A DNA stretch of 45,325 nucleotides from a virus (Duplodnaviria; Caudoviricetes): the IMG/VR virus record IMGVR_UViG_3300017978_000078, positions 1-45,325 of that record; one strand, 5' to 3'. Under the pieces are notes generated by a model. That model was not told the origin of the DNA. It saw only the letters and a list, made by a program, of their open reading frames with translations, and searched no databases. Shown piece by piece: positions 39,501 to 45,325 of the stretch; position 1 is the first letter of the stretch, and each line of letters opens with the position of its first letter. Both the position numbers and the translations under genes were made by a program.

Positions 39501-40443
39501 TACCAATGTTTATCATCTCGCCAGCAGTGCCAAAACCAATCGGCTTGTCGGAAAGCGCCTCCCAAACTTGGGCCTCTCGTGATGTGCCCATAGCGGCAGG
39601 AAAGCCAGCCTCCTCCCTTGTTGACCAGACTGAACTCATATTCCTTGGCATTGGAGTGCCAGCCGGGATGTGAGTTACACCTTCCTCGGCCAAACGACGA
39701 ACCGGGTCTTCTGGGGTCGCCATCTCCTTCTTGACGTAATTGCCGAGATTGCGGTCAACCCAGTTGTTCAGAGCAATCTTGCGCTCCAAGTCCTGCATGG
39801 CCCGAGCAACGTGGGCCTGAGTTTCTGGTGACATGAGCGAAAGAGCTTCTGGCGTATATGTCGCCTTCATTTCGGCCATGCTTTCCTTTGGGTCGCTCCG
39901 ACCACCAGTTGCCCGGTCTGGGCGCTTCAGGCCTTCCAAAGCACGATCAACGCTACCACCAAGCCAGTTGCCACCCTTCATCTTGATGACGCCAGCCTGA
40001 GGGTTCAGGGTGCGAGGCTCTGAGATGTTCCGAGCAGCGGTCTTGAGCGCACCGGGCGCAGCCTTGACCGCCCGGGGGATAGCGCCGAGGTTGGCCGAGC
40101 CACCAGCCAGCGTACCGATTCCAGAGGCGAACTGTCCGGCAGGAGTGTCAGTGCCGAAAGGGATGCGCTTGAGGACGTCCTCGCTGGTCGGCAGGATGGT
40201 GGGCGACTCATTGCCCGTGTACAGCTCGTAAGGCAGACGGGCCAAGGACTCGATGTCCCCGGGCATACCAACAGCGCCAGCAATCAAACCACGAGCCAAA
40301 TCCACCGGGAAGTTCTTTGCAGCCTCGGGGTCTTGCTTGGACCGCTTGGGCTTCATCTGAGGGAAGACGCCGAAAGCAGCCCCTTCAGGGTTGCCGTACA
40401 TCATGTCAGCCAGCTTCTTGCCGGAGTTCTTGTCTTTGGGCAT
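36592..40443 (-). CDS. Large multidomain protein (1283 aa) with a PcfJ-like domain; modules delimited by xxxGG
   Basis: ESEAMGHSVRGY..VYSLVDSKGNPHVTVEV..QIKGKGNAAP; MARGG, LAGGG, MAAGG, KKAGG, KAAGG. Confidence 0.6.
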   Translation of the reverse strand: MPKDKNSGKKLADMMYGNPEGAAFGVFPQMKPKRSKQDPEAAKNFPVDLARGLIAGAVGMPGDIESLARLPYELYTGNESPTILPTSEDVLKRIPFGTDTPAGQFASGIGTLAGGSANLGAIPRAVKAAPGALKTAARNISEPRTLNPQAGVIKMKGGNWLGGSVDRALEGLKRPDRATGGRSDPKESMAEMKATYTPEALSLMSPETQAHVARAMQDLERKIALNNWVDRNLGNYVKKEMATPEDPVRRLAEEGVTHIPAGTPMPRNMSSVWSTREEAGFPAAMGTSREAQVWEALSDKPIGFGTAGEMINIGKGEPWMEKVDPFTRVHGIAPMESGNMAQELGFDHIMDVLREDLATGRIRPEQLSKVSMEQAVRRTFEYDQELAKKAAEARAVQREGLPVYKEYPEGYRWVELNKPGSFAAESEAMGHSVRGYEPPQGHPDWVAGSGDRGSLGYGHGGWEAIKKGEAKVYSLVDSKGNPHVTVEVGRESPNRFYDLPEDVRDDLQDSAWEKIRAVDDPSLWNREGNLSDYGRLQMQTMQDSLMKEWLSQNASSLPQEITQIKGKGNAAPKEEYLPFVQDFVKSGQWSDVGDLGNTGLMSIDRVPEKARYEAAGMTLPKYVTPQERDELLNEYNRLTVGPPDWDFMTKEYGFPPPEEGMARGGSVHISDNPDVMQLELAGGGLVRKGIKAIKSAAESAGQKAPVLAEKELTTLQDVHTNLGDRVRAGAMEAQKMMEGFDYKYDKGQRVFTKDSSGKNKPPYTILSRTRVGNQVMREDHPEFGQGMGRPIIDPETGKAMRTPYEPGYRVRMERNPDDWSEFEIPEKAIVGDVEMAAGGIAKLAKLARAPAKSKQEIQAIAERMAPQVTGEYVRESAKSAKTVAGKTQKQFQREKNLPVDVRPTDVERIPQPVDIEKLKGDVMIGIPGDPTLAGKTLYGFGDVRLGSPSPQHGGPLYGLYNDENFWASGLGAARRVQNLAKEAGEQYDAPVAGKYIMMGPESINYAQHFADANLQAIDLDKMTKKQIEQFNKLIRYGNPKSGPRPSFPGIEDKESAYLHMAMDPELRKHFNELMQKPTVTETLNLPSGTDIRFAITEPALRDLETGVTGFSIGRMRPEISSKDLPLSTHPTYSHDIPGEFMGQSRFPIPYELSFPDTLKSIRENPAQAPHEFGSLKMVGPRQTIDQQMIDEIKAYEERMKQLTGKKAGGEVTAPATQIDGNKFVLAAQKYGLEDDIATLNKMVSLVNQGATVEEAARVVAGGVRKAAGGEITADDLILEERKL

Positions 40444-40473
40444 CGTCGGGCCTCAGGGTGTTGATTCCCTTGG

Positions 40474-40502
40474 ATTATGCCTTCGGGGGTTTGTCAAGTC
40501 CA
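40474..40502 (-). promoter_or_regulatory. Putative sigma70-like promoter for the 1283-aa gene and head operon
   Basis: TGGACT-17bp-CATAAT; a perfect TTGACA also lies 12 bp from the -10; ~30 bp upstream of the ATG. Confidence 0.45.
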
Positions 40503-40532
40503 CCCTCATGGCTGGGCAGTCCTTGCAGCGCT

Positions 40533-40757
40533 TCACCCCTTGGCAGACTCCGAGTTCGTCGCAGCGGGACCGTTTGGCAGGCCGCTGTAGGAGGCGTGCT
40601 GTGCGGCGCTGATCTGGTACATGTCCCGCCACGCCACCCGTGCCCCCTGAACCCGGGCGATCCAGATAAGGCGCTTGAGCTGCTCCGGGACTTCTTCCCC
40701 CTCGTAGGTAATCCCTGCCCATCGGATCATCTCCTTGTCAGTTACTTCAGATTGCAT
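40533..40757 (-). CDS. Small hypothetical protein
   Basis: MQSEVTDKEMIRWAG..., with AAGGAG RBS inside the terL 3' end; C-terminal frame uncertain. Confidence 0.5.
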   Translation of the reverse strand: MQSEVTDKEMIRWAGITYEGEEVPEQLKRLIWIARVQGARVAWRDMYQISAAQHASYSGLPNGPAATNSESAKG

Positions 40758-42183
40758 AGGGGTTCTCCTTCTTGCGGAACTCGTAGCCTGCGTCAAGGAG
40801 ATCATCCTCGTCATAGGCCTCAGGTGGCGGTGGGTCGATGTTCAGCCAGCCAGCGTCCCGCAGATACCGCAGGGCTTGGCTCATGGCGTCACAGAAGTCG
40901 TCGTGGGTCGTTTCGGGGAAGGAGCAGATCTGGCTGATCATGCCCTCAGCCCAGTCCCTGACGTATCCCTTACGGTTGCTGCTCTCTGGAACCCACACAC
41001 GGCCAGCCTTGATGATGTTGGAGACGATGTTCAGCCGCTGGGTCTTATCGGCCCGGCCGGGGTTGTAGGAGCGCACGAAGACGTGGGCACGCTGCAAGTC
41101 TTGGATCAGGGAGATCCCGGCCGCTTTGTCCTCCACCAGCACTAGGTCCACCCGCTTGGCGTCCTTGCCCTCGCCGTAGACCGTCTCGTACTCGTCCAGC
41201 ACCTTGGGCTTGAGGTCGGGGTACTGAAGCCTGTCCTGCCATGCGTCGATGACCAGAGCGGCCATGGGGCCGTCCTGAGGCTTGAACACCCCGAGCGTGA
41301 TGCAGGCCGTGGGGTCGTTTTGGGCCTTGTCGGTGAAGGCGCAGTCGTAGCTCTGGAGGATGTACTCCAGCTTTGGGAGCGGCTTCTCAGCAGGCCAGAG
41401 CTTGAACCAGTCCCGCTTGACGATGCCGCCCTGCTCGGGGTCGAGGATCTCGGCGTAGATCTCCTGCTGGCCGAGCTTCGTCCCCTCGTACTGCATGATC
41501 TGCTTGCGGAAGTTGTCCGACAAGTTGGCGATGTTGGCGTAAGTGGAGGCGGTCGTCAGGTGGACGTCATCCCCCTCCCGGCCCACCAGCTCGACGATCA
41601 AGTCCTTGGGCCGTGGGGTGGTGGTGCAGATCAGGCGGGTCTTCCAGTCAGCGTGAACCTTCAAGCGCATACCGAACATGATCTGGTCCCACGCCTCTTG
41701 CAGGTACTCCCATGCGGCCAGCTCGTCTGCCCAGCCGCCGTGGAACTGCGGACCCCGGAAGCGCTCAGGCTCAGACGCCGGGATGCCCTTGATGAGAGAC
41801 CCGTTGACCAGCTTCAGCTCGTGCATCTGCTTGTTGTAGTCCTCGATCAGGATCTTGGGGATGACAGCCAATAGGCCTGAGTCACCCTCAAAGCACGTAG
41901 CCCGGACGTCGGCCGAGGTGGGGGCGGAGACCAGCCACCGGGTGCCGGGGTGCTCCCATGCCCACCACCAGATCTGCTCGGCAGCGGTGCGGGTCTTGCC
42001 AGCTCCCCGGCCGGCCAGCAGCAGCCAGATCGACCACCAGTCCCCGTGGGGCAGCACCTGATGGTCGTGGGCCTCGGTGAGCCACTTAATCCGTGTGGCG
42101 TGGGCAATCGCATGGGCTTGTGGCGCTTCGGCCATGGCCTTGACGACCACCGGGTCTTGCAAAACCTCCAGCGTCTCACTCAT
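40747..42183 (-). CDS. terL: Terminase large subunit
   Basis: Walker A LAGRGAGKT, Walker B WADELAAW, TTTPRP, nuclease motifs QSYDCAF and HDDFCDAMSQAL. Confidence 0.95.
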   Translation of the reverse strand: MSETLEVLQDPVVVKAMAEAPQAHAIAHATRIKWLTEAHDHQVLPHGDWWSIWLLLAGRGAGKTRTAAEQIWWWAWEHPGTRWLVSAPTSADVRATCFEGDSGLLAVIPKILIEDYNKQMHELKLVNGSLIKGIPASEPERFRGPQFHGGWADELAAWEYLQEAWDQIMFGMRLKVHADWKTRLICTTTPRPKDLIVELVGREGDDVHLTTASTYANIANLSDNFRKQIMQYEGTKLGQQEIYAEILDPEQGGIVKRDWFKLWPAEKPLPKLEYILQSYDCAFTDKAQNDPTACITLGVFKPQDGPMAALVIDAWQDRLQYPDLKPKVLDEYETVYGEGKDAKRVDLVLVEDKAAGISLIQDLQRAHVFVRSYNPGRADKTQRLNIVSNIIKAGRVWVPESSNRKGYVRDWAEGMISQICSFPETTHDDFCDAMSQALRYLRDAGWLNIDPPPPEAYDEDDLLDAGYEFRKKENPYAI

Positions 42184-42850
42184 CTGCGATCTGGCGCTTA
42201 AGTTCGAGGTTCTTCACGGTAGCGGCCAAGATGTCCAAAGCGCTGCTCTGAACTTCCAGAGGGCTATCCGCATCTCCAGCAAGGATTGTCCGGTCACCGT
42301 ACTTCTTGGGGTTGAACTTCGCCAGCAGCTTTAGGCGCGTCTCGATCTGGAGCTTCCTGTGCCCGAGCATGTCCTCCTCAGTCACCGTCATGCTGTCTTT
42401 GTCATCGTCAGCCCCCGACGAGAAAACAGTCTTCTTACCCACCTGAGGGGTGTCGGCAATGATCAGGCATTCCTCGGCCATGGCGTCGTAGCCAACTTCG
42501 CGTGCGCGTGCGATGGCTGAAGAAAGGCCGACCCCTGCTTCTCCAAGAGCATCATCAGCGTACATCCAGTTGTAGACAGTTCTCCACTGAGGCATCCCCT
42601 CCATACGGCATATCTCCCTTAACGGGATACCGTCACTCAGTAGCTCACAGATCTTCTCTGCTGTTTCTGAGTTGTAGGTGGAGGGGCGTCCTATTTTTTT
42701 CTTTTCCTCTTTTGCGGCGAGGTCTTCGGGTTTACCCTTAGTAGCCTGTTTGTCGAGGATTTGAGAGATTGAAGGCATCGGGGGTGTGTCTACCCCTTGC
42801 TTCTTGGTTTTCGGGGCTTCTTGGCCCGATTTGGTCTGTTTGCGTGGCAT
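42176..42850 (-). CDS. terS: Terminase small subunit (Sf6/P22-like)
   Basis: GRPSTYNSETAEKICELLSDGIPLREICRMEGMP..W; RKLQIETRLKLLAKFNPKKYGD; overlaps the terL start. Confidence 0.9.
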   Translation of the reverse strand: MPRKQTKSGQEAPKTKKQGVDTPPMPSISQILDKQATKGKPEDLAAKEEKKKIGRPSTYNSETAEKICELLSDGIPLREICRMEGMPQWRTVYNWMYADDALGEAGVGLSSAIARAREVGYDAMAEECLIIADTPQVGKKTVFSSGADDDKDSMTVTEEDMLGHRKLQIETRLKLLAKFNPKKYGDRTILAGDADSPLEVQSSALDILAATVKNLELKRQIADE

Positions 42851-42880
42851 CCCGTACTTTCAGAGACATAAGATGCCCGA

Positions 42881-42910
42881 AGTTTACCCTGTTGTTCAAG
42901 TTCGGGGCAA
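42881..42910 (-). promoter_or_regulatory. Putative promoter upstream of terS
   Basis: TTGCCC-18bp-TAAACT, overlapped by an imperfect inverted repeat TGCCCCGAA...TTCGGGCA. Confidence 0.4.
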
Positions 42911-42935
42911 CTTACCCCAAATGCGGGTATTTGAG

Positions 42936-43034
42936 GTGATGGTGGCCGGTGCTGATCTCCGGCTTGAACCATTGCACTTAGAAGCGGTGGATCTGGATGT
43001 TCGCCCACGCATCAGCCTGCGCATTCACCATCAC
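42936..43034 (-). ncRNA. c4: C4 antisense RNA-like element (P1/P7 c4 family)
   Basis: GTGATGGTG-AATG-CGCAGGCTGATGCG-(variable)-GCCGGAGATCAGCACCGGC-CACCATCAC: 9-bp closing stem plus two hairpins matching the C4 consensus as recalled. Confidence 0.8.
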
Positions 43035-43105
43035 GACTGAGTCCGTCTGCATCATCGCGCCCAGCGTTGCTTGGGAACTCCACAGGAAGACTCATGCGTG
43101 ATGGC

Positions 43106-43121
43106 CCCCGGCTTCCCGGGG
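43106..43121 (-). other. GC-rich hairpin after the 43130 stop (no U tract)
   Basis: CCCCGG-GAAG-CCGGGG. Confidence 0.55.
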
Positions 43122-43129
43122 ACTGTCTC

Positions 43130-43438
43130 TCAGAAATTGTAGTCGTAGAACCTGACTGGCTGATCGCTCAGGTCGAACCTGCGGCCGTGCTTGTCTTTCC
43201 AGCCGTTCTTGCCCAGACGGATACGGATGACCGAGTTCTCGGGGTTGCTCTTGATGAACCACTTCTGGTCACGCTGGTTGATGCAGTGACCAGCAAAGCC
43301 GCCTGCTGCCCAGTCGAGCTTGACGCTCTCATCGCGCTCAGAGTCCATTGCGCGGACTTCAATGGTCTTGTCGCTGATGACCTTGACAACCTCGTAGGGG
43401 TTGACGTCAGAGTAGCCGTAGTGGTTTGCGTAGTTCAT
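43130..43438 (-). CDS. Hypothetical protein (102 aa)
   Basis: MNYANHYGYSDVNPYEVV..FYDYNF; ATG follows copy 1 of the 65-bp leader. Confidence 0.75.
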   Translation of the reverse strand: MNYANHYGYSDVNPYEVVKVISDKTIEVRAMDSERDESVKLDWAAGGFAGHCINQRDQKWFIKSNPENSVIRIRLGKNGWKDKHGRRFDLSDQPVRFYDYNF

Positions 43439-43442
43439 GGTG

Positions 43443-43507
43443 TGTCTTTCAGTTACCCAGCTCGATTGCTGTAGATGTATTTGAACAGAAAATTCAAGAG
43501 TGTGCAA
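43443..43507 (-). repeat. 65-bp leader/promoter repeat, copy 1
   Basis: 62/65 identical to 44089..44153; TTGCAC-17-TCAAAT, TTGAA-N7-TTCAA palindrome, CAGC-AATCGA-GCTG hairpin. Confidence 0.9.
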
Positions 43508-43515
43508 GCAGTTGA

Positions 43516-44085
43516 TCAAATTATTTTTGGGCGCTGGATCACAGTCTGCTTGACGCCATCACGCACGCCATGGTCTTTGACGGTAGCCGTCATAGTGGCT
43601 GTGTGGCCCTTCAAGGGGAAATCGTAGGATTTGCCCTTGTAGATAACCACATTCTTGTCTGAGTCCTCGCAGATGTGGATGTAGTTGGCCCCATAAACGC
43701 CATCCAGAACGATGATATGAACAGTGGTGAGGGTCAGGGTCACCTTCTCTCCGATAGCGCCGATATGGGCACGCTTGGCGTCCAGAGCGGCCTTTTCGTT
43801 GACCCACTCCGCCTTTTTGGCTGCACGAGCGTCGATGCCCTTCAAAACGGCCTCGGATTGCTTGGGTGTGAGCTTGCCAAAAGTGTCGAAAACACGGGCC
43901 ATAGAACCCATGAAGCCCTCTTTGTAGGACAAGCCACCGTAGTCGTCGAAACTGCGGCCAGAGTCAATAGCATCCATGATTTCGTTGGCGCGAGGAGTGT
44001 TTGCCTCCCATGTCTTGCGTGCATTGGCAAGGATGTTGCGCTTGCGGCCTGCTTCCCATGCTTCTTGATGCTCGACGGTTGCCAT
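43516..44085 (-). CDS. Hypothetical protein with a probable C-terminal OB-like domain
   Basis: GKLTPKQSEAV; HIGAIGEKVTLTLT..YG..ATVKDHGVRDGVKQTVIQRPK. Confidence 0.7.
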   Translation of the reverse strand: MATVEHQEAWEAGRKRNILANARKTWEANTPRANEIMDAIDSGRSFDDYGGLSYKEGFMGSMARVFDTFGKLTPKQSEAVLKGIDARAAKKAEWVNEKAALDAKRAHIGAIGEKVTLTLTTVHIIVLDGVYGANYIHICEDSDKNVVIYKGKSYDFPLKGHTATMTATVKDHGVRDGVKQTVIQRPKII

Positions 44086-44088
44086 GTT

Positions 44089-44153
44089 TGTCTTTCAGTT
44101 ACCCGGCTTGATTGCCGTAGATGTATTTGAACAGAAAATTCAAGAGTGTGCAA
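44089..44153 (-). repeat. 65-bp leader/promoter repeat, copy 2
   Basis: 62/65 identical to 43443..43507; hairpin CGGC-AATCAA-GCCG. Confidence 0.9.
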
Positions 44154-44160
44154 TACCCCT

Positions 44161-44313
44161 TCAATTTACTTGGCTTTTGTGTTCAACGTCCCCCTTGAGG
44201 TACTGAAGCAGCTCGGTGGCCGTCATGTTCGGATGGCGCTCGATCTGCTCCAGCACGTAGGCGTAGCCGTCGTTGAACCCCTTGATGTACTCGCTCATCA
44301 CGGTCTCGCTCAC
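44161..44313 (-). CDS. Small hypothetical protein
   Basis: (V)SETVMSEYIKGFNDGYAYVLEQIE...; GTGA overlap with the upstream gene (alternative ATG at 44298). Confidence 0.6.
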   Translation of the reverse strand: MSETVMSEYIKGFNDGYAYVLEQIERHPNMTATELLQYLKGDVEHKSQVN

Positions 44314-44462
44314 GGCTTCTCCAATACGACGCGCTCCAGCACTTCCATTGAACGCTGGATGTCTTCGACCAAATAGTCTGGCAGACGGGATTGCTGGCTG
44401 AATGCCCACGACTCCATCGCGGACAGCAGCTTGATCGCTGCGAGGGCTTCTTCTTTGGTCAT
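44310..44462 (-). CDS. Small hypothetical protein
   Basis: MTKEEALAAIKLLSAMESWAFS...; ATGA overlap, AAGGA RBS. Confidence 0.7.
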   Translation of the reverse strand: MTKEEALAAIKLLSAMESWAFSQQSRLPDYLVEDIQRSMEVLERVVLEKP

Positions 44463-44581
44463 GTCTTTTCCTTGAGTAATGCGTGAATGGTGGCGTTGCA
44501 CCGTGCGCAGATGTACATGTAGCGGTTAGGGTTGAGGCTCTTGATGTAGGTGACAGGCTCCCATCGGTGTTTGCAGGTCAT
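44459..44581 (-). CDS. Small Zn-finger-like protein (40 aa, not in the ORF track)
   Basis: MTCKHRWEPVTYIKSLNPNRYMYICARCNATIHALLKEKT*; CxH..CxxC; ATGA overlaps on both sides. Confidence 0.7.
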   Translation of the reverse strand: MTCKHRWEPVTYIKSLNPNRYMYICARCNATIHALLKEKT

Positions 44582-44742
44582 GTGTTCTCCTTTGCTTTGC
44601 ACTCATATACGGTAGTTCCCACATAAAAGCCACCAAGTTTTTTGCATTCATGGCCGATGGTGCTGGCAGACACAACCCACCCCAACGCAAACAACGCGAC
44701 AGCAATGACGGCGATAAGGACGGCTACAAGAAAGTCATCCAT
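44578..44742 (-). CDS. Small membrane protein
   Basis: MDDFLVAVLIAVIAVALFALGWVV..ECKKLGGFYVGTTVYEC. Confidence 0.7.
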   Translation of the reverse strand: MDDFLVAVLIAVIAVALFALGWVVSASTIGHECKKLGGFYVGTTVYECKAKENT

Positions 44743-44959
44743 GTTTCTGCTCCCGAATCCACACAGCAAAGCTGGCGGCAGTGTCACCGAATGGCATGGC
44801 TTCAATCTTGGTGGCGATCTCGTCCAGCGTTGCGTTGCGAGAGTCAGCACGTACAAGCTCGGCAAAACGTTCAAGGTCTAACCAATTCAGCACACCCGTT
44901 TCTGAAATCCAAGCCTCTGGCAAAACAGCCTCCCGCGCCATTTCAATTACGGTCTTCAT
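44735..44959 (-). CDS. Small hypothetical protein
   Basis: IEMAREA..LERFAELVRA..FGDTAASFAVWIRE; ATGA overlap. Confidence 0.7.
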   Translation of the reverse strand: MKTVIEMAREAVLPEAWISETGVLNWLDLERFAELVRADSRNATLDEIATKIEAMPFGDTAASFAVWIREQKHG

Positions 44960-45325
44960 GTGTTCTTCTCCTTGAGTTTGGCTACGGCTTTATAAATTGC
45001 ATCTTGCACAGAATTACCAAGATGGCATCCTGCCGCCAAGTTGTTGACCTCATCGTTTGTCAGCCCAACCCATGTGCGCTGTGCTGGCGGGGATGTGTAG
45101 AGGGGCGTTTCAGTCCAAAGACCGCTGCCACTTTCTGCCCAGTCTTTTTTGTGCTGCATTAGGACTGGCCCTGAACTATCAGCACTGCATTGATACATCC
45201 ACGCCACCGGCCCCTGCTGCTGCTTCTTGCACTTTTCGCAGTCGTGGTTCACGCAACCGATCTTGGGTATGTCCTGCTGTGCTGGCTCATAGTCCAGCCC
45301 CAACTCTCTGGCGTTCTCTGCCATC
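44956..45325 (-). CDS. Hypothetical modular phage protein (probably 5'-partial)
   Basis: PVAWM..PLYTSPPAQRTWVGLT..AKLKEKNT motifs; runs to the window edge. Confidence 0.7.
   Translation of the reverse strand, partial: MAENARELGLDYEPAQQDIPKIGCVNHDCEKCKKQQQGPVAWMYQCSADSSGPVLMQHKKDWAESGSGLWTETPLYTSPPAQRTWVGLTNDEVNNLAAGCHLGNSVQDAIYKAVAKLKEKNT

Noticed and set aside
42790-43008. 72-aa minus-strand ORF upstream of terS
   Set aside because: Overlaps the structured RNA and the terS start; no RBS or protein-like features
42936-43034. Possible tRNA
   Set aside because: Cloverleaf-like, but lacks the T-loop TTCRA and a canonical anticodon arm; fits the C4 RNA pattern better
43443-44153. Possible CRISPR array or att sites
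   Set aside because: Only two 65-bp copies separated by an entire gene, each positioned as a gene leader; no cas or integrase gene in the window

Overview
The window is a ~45 kb segment of a GC-rich dsDNA tailed phage with podovirus-like organisation (P22/T7-type portal, adaptor and nozzle; no tape measure protein; ejection proteins at the end). Almost all genes are on the minus strand. Read right to left: small accessory genes behind a duplicated 65-bp leader; a C4-like antisense RNA; terS-terL; two large multidomain proteins; portal; GroES-like co-chaperonin; scaffold; major capsid protein; small basic virion proteins; adaptor; GIY-YIG homing endonuclease; tail fibres; lysis cassette; tail tube/nozzle; and four ejection-type proteins, interrupted by an HNH endonuclease and ending with a lytic transglycosylase. 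The strongest unexplained signal is a pentapeptide, [MLFYK]-[AK]-x-G-G, found about 20 times in at least five unrelated head-associated proteins. It usually lies at apparent module boundaries and occurs 11 times in one Lys-rich protein. This suggests a di-glycine polyprotein-processing or capsid-sorting system, with the GPG..SD..GE domain of the 1627-aa protein as a candidate processing enzyme (inference). All family assignments come from motif recognition only; no database searches were run.
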